DNA of 14,221 nucleotides from a virus. The notes beneath the pieces were generated by a model. That model was given only the letters and a program-made list of their open reading frames with translations, did no database searches and was not told the origin of the DNA. The position numbers were made by a program, and so were the translations under genes. This document shows, piece by piece, positions 1 through 7,171 of this stretch (its first letter is position 1; every line of letters begins with the position of its first letter). Location: the UHGV virus genome UHGV-0217885; one strand, written 5' to 3'.

Positions 1-123
1 AATACAATCTCCGTTGACCGAAGGAGATCAGTGAAGGTAATTTAAAAACGGTTCTGTGAAAGTGACACGAACCGATCTCCATCGATGTTACTCACCGATC
101 TCCTTCACGGTAATACGCAGTCG

Positions 124-154
124 TTATCAAACACCTGTTAAACCACATTAGAAT
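124..154 (+). promoter_or_regulatory. Weak candidate sigma70-type promoter upstream of the small ORF
   Basis: TTATCA at 124..129 and TAGAAT at 149..154, but the spacer is about 19 bp, which is longer than optimal. Position is appropriate for the ORF at 181..282. Judged by eye only. Confidence 0.2.
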
Positions 155-180
155 GCACAAATAAAAGGATCTATATCAAT

Positions 181-282
181 ATGTTATCTCTCGTTTATGA
201 AAATCGGTGGACGACGATTTTTCTGCTGATTTTTGCCAGCATGTGCCTCAATAGTGTTATTGGCGCATTACACGCCCAGTAA
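181..282 (+). CDS. Small hydrophobic protein, 33 aa (MLSLVYENRWTTIFLLIFASMCLNSVIGALHAQ), predicted single transmembrane helix
   Basis: ATG at 181 and TAA at 280..282. AAGGA at 165..169 lies about 11 nt upstream of the ATG. An intrinsic terminator follows about 20 nt downstream. Too short to appear in the supplied ORF track; translated manually. Confidence 0.3.
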   Translation: MLSLVYENRWTTIFLLIFASMCLNSVIGALHAQ

Positions 283-301
283 TCGCGACAAAACCAGCCC
301 C

Positions 302-329
302 AAACCGGCACCGTGAATGCCGGTTTTTT
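302..329 (+). terminator. Rho-independent terminator (GC-rich hairpin followed by a T-run)
   Basis: Left arm AAACCGGCA (302..310), loop CCGTGAA (311..317), right arm TGCCGGTTT (318..326), T-run 324..329. Confidence 0.55.
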
Positions 330-488
330 ATGCCATTTTTCCGCGATTTCCCCGTTTTTAGCCGTGCATGCAACAGGTGCATGCTTTTGCATTCGCAGGG
401 GTTGCCCGTTCTGACCGTGCGCCGCCAGAGCTGGCGCGGATCCCGAGTGTTCATGCAACTGCATTAAAACCGCCCCGTAAAGCGGGCA

Positions 489-507
489 GGCGTGGCGGGG
501 AAAGCAT
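489..507. other. cos: cos site (cosN-like 19-nt cohesive-end sequence) of a P2/186-family phage
   Basis: GGCGTGGCGGGGAAAGCAT at 489..507 matches the P2 cohesive end GGCGAGGCGGGGAAAGCAC, as I recall it, at 17 of 19 positions, and the following TGCGCGC is also shared. Orientation relative to the minus-strand portal gene matches the P2 left end. Confidence 0.7.
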
Positions 508-523
508 TGCGCGCAGCACACAC

Positions 524-553
524 TTGCAATTTGATATTTTTGGTGTAAAAAAT
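524..553 (+). promoter_or_regulatory. Weak candidate promoter for the cargo operon
   Basis: TTGCAA at 524..529 followed about 16 to 18 bp later by an A/T-rich -10-like stretch (TAAAAA/AAAAAT, 546..553). Poor match to consensus; position only. Confidence 0.2.
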
Positions 554-615
554 CGGTGTCAATGAGTAGAAGATGAAAAATAATAACCAAAGGTTACTAA
601 ATCAAGGATGTGCCG

Positions 616-1434
616 ATGAAAGTTAGCTATGACGTTGTCATCAAAAGTGGTGATCAAGAAGTTGATATGGAGTATGGCCTTGATACCCTCTCTGGAACGG
701 CTGAGGTGACATGCATACTAGCAGAGGCAATACTCAGAAAAAAAATTATTAAGCGCCGCACTCATGTTAACCCTGCGCGAGCGGTTCTCAAACAAAGCTT
801 TAAAAGTTCTTATGGTCAAAACTTCGACTTGATTGTTAATGAGCCGGAATTAGCTGCCGAATTAAAAAAAATGACCCGTTCTGTGTTCTCGGAAGTCATG
901 GGGTATTTTATTTCTGAATCTCTATATCTGGAAACTAAGGAGCTATCTCCAAAAGCTGCAGGAATTATTGAGGAGCTTGAGGAAATTGAAGATGAACTTA
1001 TTGATCGTATCAGACAACCTTTGGTAAGGATGCATAGGATAAATCTTCAAAAAAACTTTGATGTTGAACTTAACTATAAAAAACCTGCTGGAAAACAAAG
1101 AATAGCAAAGTTAGACACAATGACTGCTACAAACTTGACACAATCAAAAATAAAGCCCGGTCAAGTTAATATTAACGCAGTTATTACTCGATTTAATGCG
1201 AGAACTGGAAATGGTAGGTTAGTTATCGAAGGTGAAGATGATACAGTAGCCTTTGGTTTTTACATGCCTTTAAAGGCTATACCCGCCGCTCAAAAAAGAT
1301 TGGTCTCATTAAATTTACACAATAATAATGGCAGGCAAGATAACTACACATATCTAAAACTTACTGTTAGCAAAGTTGTAGTAAAAAGTGGTGATGTGGT
1401 GAAATATCTAATCCGTATGGTTGAAACTGTATGA
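616..1434 (+). CDS. Hypothetical cargo protein, 272 aa, no transmembrane segment, family not recognised; candidate sensor or partner of the downstream membrane protein
   Basis: ORF-track entry 610..1434 begins at a GTG. The ATG at 616 is preferred because AAGGA at 604..608 sits 7 nt upstream. AT-rich, unlike the phage structural genes. Stop overlaps the next start (ATGA at 1431..1434). Confidence 0.8.
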   Translation: MKVSYDVVIKSGDQEVDMEYGLDTLSGTAEVTCILAEAILRKKIIKRRTHVNPARAVLKQSFKSSYGQNFDLIVNEPELAAELKKMTRSVFSEVMGYFISESLYLETKELSPKAAGIIEELEEIEDELIDRIRQPLVRMHRINLQKNFDVELNYKKPAGKQRIAKLDTMTATNLTQSKIKPGQVNINAVITRFNARTGNGRLVIEGEDDTVAFGFYMPLKAIPAAQKRLVSLNLHNNNGRQDNYTYLKLTVSKVVVKSGDVVKYLIRMVETV

Positions 1435-2156
1435 GAAAGGTGTTGCTGTCTTCGGCTGGCGTGATTGTAGCTGTGTGCGCCTTGTATTACTTCAACTTCG
1501 GAGTAAACGGACATTTATCCAGCAAGACTGATGTTTGGGCGCAGTTTGGTGATTATTTGGGTGGTGTCGTCAACCCTATACTTTCATTTATTACAATTTA
1601 CCTCCTTATAAATTCAATAAAACTTCAAAGGGAGGCTAATTCCAGCCTGATCGATGAAGTAAAAAGGCAAGAATCTTTAGAAGAGTATAAAAAATTTGAA
1701 GTGAGATTTTTCCATTTGGTTGAATGTCAGGATTCTAACTTTGAAAGGTTTTGTGTTCAAGTTGGTGATATTGATGGACAAACTGACGGGGTGGTCGAAG
1801 AATTTACAAGTGGTGCAGCCGTAACTTATCTTGAAGATAATATTGTAATTTTAGTTAAAGCCAAGGTAAAAAAAGAGGTAATAACAAAGTGGTTAAGTGA
1901 AGTGGATGCTAATGATTGCATTTTTTCAGTGGTGCGTCGCTTTTATTTGATTGTGAAGTTGATAGATAATTGCGGGGTTGAACGGGAAGATTATTATGAA
2001 ACATTAGTTAACTTAACTGACATAAAAATAATATCTTTAGTTGCAATGGCTTGTACATACTACGAGTGGGATATCGTAAAGTATATCCATGACAGTAAAA
2101 TACTTGAACGAGATGGAGTTAAAGAGTTTGTTTCGCAAATATCCACTCACGATTGA
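1431..2156 (+). CDS. Hypothetical membrane protein, 241 aa, two N-terminal transmembrane helices plus a soluble C-terminal domain of about 175 aa; candidate effector
   Basis: Hydrophobic segments VLLSSAGVIVAVCALYYFNF and LGGVVNPILSFITIYLLINSI near the N-terminus. AT-rich. Start overlaps the upstream stop, implying translational coupling. Converges on the portal gene. Confidence 0.8.
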   Translation: MRKVLLSSAGVIVAVCALYYFNFGVNGHLSSKTDVWAQFGDYLGGVVNPILSFITIYLLINSIKLQREANSSLIDEVKRQESLEEYKKFEVRFFHLVECQDSNFERFCVQVGDIDGQTDGVVEEFTSGAAVTYLEDNIVILVKAKVKKEVITKWLSEVDANDCIFSVVRRFYLIVKLIDNCGVEREDYYETLVNLTDIKIISLVAMACTYYEWDIVKYIHDSKILERDGVKEFVSQISTHD

Positions 2157-2157
2157 G

Positions 2158-2176
2158 AGCCGCCATGCTGGCGGCT
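2158..2176. terminator. Palindromic hairpin between the convergent cargo operon and portal gene; possible bidirectional terminator
   Basis: AGCCGCCA (2158..2165), loop TGC, TGGCGGCT (2169..2176). No clear U-tract on either strand, so terminator function is uncertain. Confidence 0.3.
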
Positions 2177-2186
2177 AGAGTGGTGA

Positions 2187-3233
2187 TTATTCCGGATTAT
2201 CGAGGGTGTACTCTTTGAACCTGATGACCTCCATGCCGAGCCAGTCGTTTACCTCCCTGAACCTGTCCTGTAGCGGCGACAGCTCATTGCGCACAAATAC
2301 CTTTGCCACCTTCTCAACGTCACCGAGTGAACCGATATTCTCGGGCTTGCCGCCCATGAGCTGGAACGGTACGCGGTGCGCGTCCATCAGGTCGGCGGCG
2401 CTGGCTTTCTTAATGTTGAAAAAGTCATCCTTTGTGGCGACCTCGCTCAGTGGCACGATTTTGATGCCGTCCGGTTTTCCGCCGGGGGCGTAGAAAAACA
2501 GGTTCTTAAAGTTGCCGAGTCCCTTCGAGTTACGCATCGCCTCGCGCAGCGATTCGACGTCGGTCGCACTTTGCGCCGGGTCAGTCACATACATGATGTA
2601 GCCTGCGTGCGCGCCGTTCTGATAATACTTGCGGCGGAACAGCGTCGCGGATTCATTCAGCCAAGCGGAATTAAGCGCGCTGAGATATTCCGGCAGACCG
2701 TAAATCTCCTGATTAATGTCGGGCTCCAGCAGGTGAAACACGGTATCAGGCGCGAACTCGTGCGGCTGGGTGAAGTTTTCCACAAACCAGAAAATCGAAT
2801 CGTCGACTCCGCGTCGGGTGTATTTGGCTGGCGAGGCCAGCAGTTTGATTAACTGGCCGGTGACGCTGTGGCGCTGCTCAAGAAAGGCGTTACCGAACAC
2901 CAGATAATCGAGCGCAAAGCGGCTGAAATCCTGACGGGATAACAACGGGTGCGGAATGTAGGTGCTCGCGAGCACGTTACGCTTAACATAAATTGGCGAG
3001 CTGTGATGCACGGCAGAGCGCAGGCTCTTTGCCAGCCCTGAGAAGCTGACCGGCGGCTCGTACCATTTGCCGTTACTGATGCATTCGACGTAATCCAGAA
3101 TGTCGCGCTTATCGAGTACCGGCACCGGCTCGCCGAAGGTGAACGCTGTCGTTTTTGGCGGTGCGCTGGCGGTCAGTTGTTGTGGTTTGCTGGCCTTTTG
3201 TGCGTTGGCTTTACGGGATTTTTGTTTACCCAT
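2187..3233 (-). CDS. Q: Portal protein (P2 gpQ family), 348 aa
   Basis: Length and sequence resemble P2 gpQ (about 344 aa) as recalled. Lies immediately downstream of P on the minus strand, as in P2. Confidence 0.93.
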   Translation of the reverse strand: MGKQKSRKANAQKASKPQQLTASAPPKTTAFTFGEPVPVLDKRDILDYVECISNGKWYEPPVSFSGLAKSLRSAVHHSSPIYVKRNVLASTYIPHPLLSRQDFSRFALDYLVFGNAFLEQRHSVTGQLIKLLASPAKYTRRGVDDSIFWFVENFTQPHEFAPDTVFHLLEPDINQEIYGLPEYLSALNSAWLNESATLFRRKYYQNGAHAGYIMYVTDPAQSATDVESLREAMRNSKGLGNFKNLFFYAPGGKPDGIKIVPLSEVATKDDFFNIKKASAADLMDAHRVPFQLMGGKPENIGSLGDVEKVAKVFVRNELSPLQDRFREVNDWLGMEVIRFKEYTLDNPE

Positions 3234-3234
3234 T

Positions 3235-5004
3235 TTAGTTGAACTCCAGAATAGATTTAGGCTGCATGCCGCTACCGGCAGAAAGCGGTTCGTTTAACAG
3301 GGCGTGCATGGTCGCCCATGCGATATCGGCGTGGCTGGCTTCCTCGGTGCGGCTGGCCTCATAGGTGGCGCTGCGCCCGCTGCTAGTCATGGTTTTGCGG
3401 ATGGACATAAACGACTGCGTGACGTCGGTTGCTCCGGCGTCGTACTCCAGACAGCCACGGCGAATGGTGTCTTTCGCCTTGAGTACCATTGCGGTTTTCA
3501 TTTCAGGTGTGTAACGGATGCCGCGTGCCGCCGGGTAAAATGAGCGCACCAGCTGGAACACGCCGAGACCGAGGCCGGTTGCGTCAATGCCGATGTATTC
3601 AACGTTGTATTTCTCGGTCAGCTTGCGGATGCCCTCTGCCTGTGCTGCAAAATCCATGCCCTTCCACTGGTGGCGCTCCAGCATGCGGAACTTGCCACCA
3701 GAGACCACCGGCGGCGCGAGCACGACGCACCCGGCACTGTCGCCGGTGTGTGACGGGTCGTAGCCAATCCAGACAGGACGAGAGCCGAACGGATGGTCGG
3801 CGAACGGGGCAAAGTCCTCCCATTCCTCCATCACATCGACCATGCAGCGCTGCAGCTCCTCGAACGGGAATACCGACGCTTTATCGTCGACAAACTCGCA
3901 CATAAACAGGTTCTTAAAGTCCTCATCACTGTTTTCGCGTTTGAGCTGGTCGAGGTCGAACAGGGTGCAGCCACCCGCAAGGGCGTCCTCAATGGTGACA
4001 ATCTGCCGCCACTGGCCATCGTCGCAGAGCTGGCCACCGGCGAGCGCGCTGTGACTGATGTCGATTTCGATGCGGTCGGCAATCCGGCTGCGCCCCTTGT
4101 TGAACAGCTCGCCAGACCAGAAGGGGTAAGCGCCGTGCGCCAGCGTGGAAGGTGTCGAAAAATAGGTCGAGCGCAGGTGCTTTTGCGAGGCCATGCCCGA
4201 GGCGACTTTGCGCAGTTTCTGAAAATTCGGGATCCAGAATATTTCATCGACATACAGATCGCCGTTATGGCTCTGCGCGGTGTTGGAATTGGTACCGAGA
4301 AAAATCAGTTTTGCGCCGTTGTTACCGATGACAATCGGGTCGCCAGTCAGGTCAACGTCGACCAGTCGCGCAAACTGGATGATGTATTCGCGGAACACGT
4401 AAGCCTGCGTTTTACTGGCTGATAAAAATATCTGGTTATGGCCGGTTTTGAGTGCGCGCAGCAGTGCCTCGCGGGAGAAATAGAATGTCGCGCCAATCTG
4501 GCGGGATTTGAGAATGTCACGAATACGGTGCTCCAGTCCTGCGCGGTACCACTGCAACTGGTACTCGAAAGACTGGTCGAAAAATAATTCCTCTAGTTTA
4601 TCGATAGACTCGTCGCTGAAAAAATTCTTTTTCGGCTTTTTGCGCTCCCCTTTGTTGCGGTTGGCGACGTTGGGGTTAAGGTCGGCTTCGTTGCCGGTCT
4701 GGCTGTAGCGGTTGACTCGCGCCAACCGTTCAATCTGCCGTCCGAGCAGGTCAATCTCTTTGAAATCACCCCCTGTCTTTTGCGGCTTGGCGATGAGCTG
4801 AATCAGCCTAGCCTCAAGGCTGCTTTCAACGCGGGAAATCGGCGCGATGCCGTCCCAGCCGTCGCGCTGCTTCCAGCTCTGCACGGTCGGGCGCTTGACC
4901 TGCAGCATTTCGGCAATCTGTGGCACGGAAAAACCCTGCCAGTAAAGCAGCGATGCCTGCCGTCGCGGGTCATGCAACAAGGTTGTATCTGTGGAAATGG
5001 TCAT
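3235..5004 (-). CDS. P: Terminase large (ATPase) subunit (P2 gpP family), 589 aa
   Basis: N-terminus MTISTDTTLLHDPRRQASLLYWQGFSVPQIAEMLQ closely matches recalled P2 gpP (about 590 aa). Divergent from O across a 165-bp intergenic region. Confidence 0.95.
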   Translation of the reverse strand: MTISTDTTLLHDPRRQASLLYWQGFSVPQIAEMLQVKRPTVQSWKQRDGWDGIAPISRVESSLEARLIQLIAKPQKTGGDFKEIDLLGRQIERLARVNRYSQTGNEADLNPNVANRNKGERKKPKKNFFSDESIDKLEELFFDQSFEYQLQWYRAGLEHRIRDILKSRQIGATFYFSREALLRALKTGHNQIFLSASKTQAYVFREYIIQFARLVDVDLTGDPIVIGNNGAKLIFLGTNSNTAQSHNGDLYVDEIFWIPNFQKLRKVASGMASQKHLRSTYFSTPSTLAHGAYPFWSGELFNKGRSRIADRIEIDISHSALAGGQLCDDGQWRQIVTIEDALAGGCTLFDLDQLKRENSDEDFKNLFMCEFVDDKASVFPFEELQRCMVDVMEEWEDFAPFADHPFGSRPVWIGYDPSHTGDSAGCVVLAPPVVSGGKFRMLERHQWKGMDFAAQAEGIRKLTEKYNVEYIGIDATGLGLGVFQLVRSFYPAARGIRYTPEMKTAMVLKAKDTIRRGCLEYDAGATDVTQSFMSIRKTMTSSGRSATYEASRTEEASHADIAWATMHALLNEPLSAGSGMQPKSILEFN

Positions 5005-5169
5005 TGATGCCTCGCCGTAGTGGATTCAGGGCAAGGCTACTTAATGGCCGTCAGTGATTCGCTAAGGTGCTGTTGTGTGGGCGGTTGTCCAGTCGTCATT
5101 GGTGGTCTGGCGTGTCCTGAGTCTGGAAACTGGCGGTGACCAGTAACCTTAACCTCAGGACTCCTGACA
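5005..5169. promoter_or_regulatory. Divergent late-promoter region between P and O
   Basis: Inferred from the conserved P2 arrangement, where activator-dependent late promoters drive P-Q leftward and O-N-M-L rightward. I did not find a perfect TGT-N12-ACA activator box; only a TGT-rich segment near 5067..5084. Confidence 0.4.
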
Positions 5170-6024
5170 ATGGCAAAAAAAGTCTCAAAATTCTTTCGCA
5201 TCGGCGTCGAGGGTGACACCTGCGACGGCCGCATTATCAGCGGCAACGATATTCAGGAAATGGCCGAATCGTTTGACCCTCGCGTCTACGGTTGCCGCAT
5301 TAACCTTGAGCATATTCGCGGTCTCTTTCCTGATGGCGACTTCAAACGCTTAGGCGATGTGGTTGAACTGAAAGCTGAAATAATTGACGACGATTCTGCG
5401 CTTAACGGCAAATGGGCGCTGTTCGCCAGAATCACCCCAACCGACGACCTGATTGCGATGAATAAAAAATTGCAGAAGGTCTACACCTCAATGGAAATTC
5501 AGCCGAATTTTGCCAATACCGGCAAATGCTACCTCGTCGGCCTTGCTGTCACCGATGACCCGGCGAGCCTCGGCACTGAATACCTCGAATTCTGCCGCAA
5601 CGCGAAGCACAACCCGCTGCAGCGCTTTAAGGCCAACCCTGAAAACGTCTTTTCCGCTGCCACTCTGGCCGAGCTGGAGTTTGAAGACGTTCCCGACACG
5701 GTGCTCAACAGCCTGGCCGATAAGGTGAAAGCCATTTTCAGCCGTAAGCAGGTCAGCGACGATGCGCGCCTGAATGATGTGCATGAAGCGGTGACCACCG
5801 TCAGCGAACATGTGCAAACCAACCTGACAAAACAGGACGAGCGCCTTTCCGCTATGGAAACCGCGTTTGCCACTTTCAAACAGGAACTGACCGGCAAGGT
5901 TGAAGAAACCAGCCAGGCATTTTCCGACCTGAAAACCACCCTCGATAAAACCGAAAGTTTCAGCCAGCCGCGACGCACGAAAGCCAGCGGCGGTGGTGGC
6001 GATGAGCTGCTGACCGACTGCTGA
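5170..6024 (+). CDS. O: Capsid scaffolding protein (P2 gpO family), 284 aa
   Basis: Same length as P2 gpO (284 aa); N-terminus MAKKVSKFFRIGVEGDTCDGR; position between P and N. Confidence 0.93.
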   Translation: MAKKVSKFFRIGVEGDTCDGRIISGNDIQEMAESFDPRVYGCRINLEHIRGLFPDGDFKRLGDVVELKAEIIDDDSALNGKWALFARITPTDDLIAMNKKLQKVYTSMEIQPNFANTGKCYLVGLAVTDDPASLGTEYLEFCRNAKHNPLQRFKANPENVFSAATLAELEFEDVPDTVLNSLADKVKAIFSRKQVSDDARLNDVHEAVTTVSEHVQTNLTKQDERLSAMETAFATFKQELTGKVEETSQAFSDLKTTLDKTESFSQPRRTKASGGGGDELLTDC

Positions 6025-6100
6025 TAAACCGCAGACCAGAAACCGGGCGGCATCCCCGCCCGATGCAGTGACTAACCGATAAATTCAAACAGGAAATACT

Positions 6101-7168
6101 ATGCGCCCGGATACCCGTTTTAAGTTCAATGCCTATCTGACCCGCGTCGCTGAGCTGAACGGCATCAGCACTGATGACGTCAGTAAAAAATTCACCGTCG
6201 AGCCGTCCGTCACGCAAACACTGATGAACAAAGTGCAGGAGTCATCCGCGTTTCTGCAGACGATTAATATTCTGCCGGTCGCAGAAATGAAGGGTGAGAA
6301 AATCGGCGTCGGTGTGACCGGTACTATCGCCAGCACGACCGACACCTCGGGCGATGATGAGCGTAAGACCGCCGACTTCACCGCGCTTGAGTCCAACAAG
6401 TACGAGTGCGACCAAATTAATTTTGACTTCCATCTGAAATATAAAACCCTCGACCTGTGGGCGCGTTTTCAGGACTTCCAGCGCCGCATCCGCGACGCCA
6501 TTGTCAAACGTCAGGCACTGGATTTCATCATGGCCGGTTTTAACGGTACCACCCGCGCCGCCACCTCTGACCGCACCAAAAATCCGATGCTGCAGGATGT
6601 GGCCGTCGGCTGGCTGCAGAAATACCGCAATGAAGCCCCGACGCGCGTGATGAGCAACATCACCGACGCTGACGGTAAGGTCGTTTCAGCAGTGATTCGT
6701 GTAGGTCGAAACGGCGACTATGAGAACCTCGACGCGCTGGTGATGGACGCCACCAACAACCTGATTGACGAGGTTTATCAGGATGACCCGAAACTCGTTG
6801 CCATCGTTGGCCGTAAGCTGCTAGCCGACAAATATTTCCCGCTGGTGAACAAGCCGCAGGAAAACAGCGAGGCGCTTGCGGCAGATATCATCATCAGCCA
6901 GAAGCGAATCGGCAACCTGCCTGCTGTGCGTGTGCCGTACTTCCCGGCGAATGCCGTGTTAGTGACCACGCTGGAAAACCTCTCTATCTATTTCATGGAT
7001 GAGAGCCACCGCCGCAGCATTGATGAAAACCCGAAAAAAGACCGCGTTGAAAACTACGAGTCGATGAATATCGACTATGTGGTCGAGGCGTATGCCGCCG
7101 GGTGCCTGCTGGAAAACATCACCCTGGGCGATTTCACCGCACCTGCAGCACCGGAAAGCGGAGCCTAA
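6101..7168 (+). CDS. N: Major capsid protein (P2 gpN family), 355 aa
   Basis: Strong similarity throughout to recalled P2 gpN (357 aa), e.g. RFKFNAYL, ECDQINFDF, AVGWLQKYRNEAP, SQKRIGNLPAVRVPYFPA. Confidence 0.95.
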   Translation: MRPDTRFKFNAYLTRVAELNGISTDDVSKKFTVEPSVTQTLMNKVQESSAFLQTINILPVAEMKGEKIGVGVTGTIASTTDTSGDDERKTADFTALESNKYECDQINFDFHLKYKTLDLWARFQDFQRRIRDAIVKRQALDFIMAGFNGTTRAATSDRTKNPMLQDVAVGWLQKYRNEAPTRVMSNITDADGKVVSAVIRVGRNGDYENLDALVMDATNNLIDEVYQDDPKLVAIVGRKLLADKYFPLVNKPQENSEALAADIIISQKRIGNLPAVRVPYFPANAVLVTTLENLSIYFMDESHRRSIDENPKKDRVENYESMNIDYVVEAYAAGCLLENITLGDFTAPAAPESGA

Positions 7169-7171
7169 ACC

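Noticed and set aside
195-590. 131-aa minus-strand ORF spanning the cos region
   Set aside because: It runs across cosN, so it would be split in the linear genome. The translation is Cys/Trp/His-rich and looks random, and there is no convincing start context. Treated as a chance ORF.
985-1008. Possible HEPN-like Rx6H motif (RQPLVRMH) in cargo gene 1
   Set aside because: A single short motif match with no supporting context; far too weak to assign a nuclease fold without profile or structure searches.
3489-4422. Plus-strand ORFs of 138 and 209 aa, and other short frames, inside the terminase gene P
   Set aside because: They are embedded antisense in the minus-strand terminase large-subunit gene, which has a strong match to P2 gpP.
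5529-6053. 174-aa minus-strand ORF antisense to O
   Set aside because: Antisense to the scaffold gene; Ser-rich, low-complexity translation.
6041-6059. GC-rich hairpin CGGGCGG-CATCC-CCGCCCG between O and N
   Set aside because: No U-tract follows, and O and N are expected to be co-transcribed; probably not a terminator. Could be an mRNA structural element, but there is no evidence.
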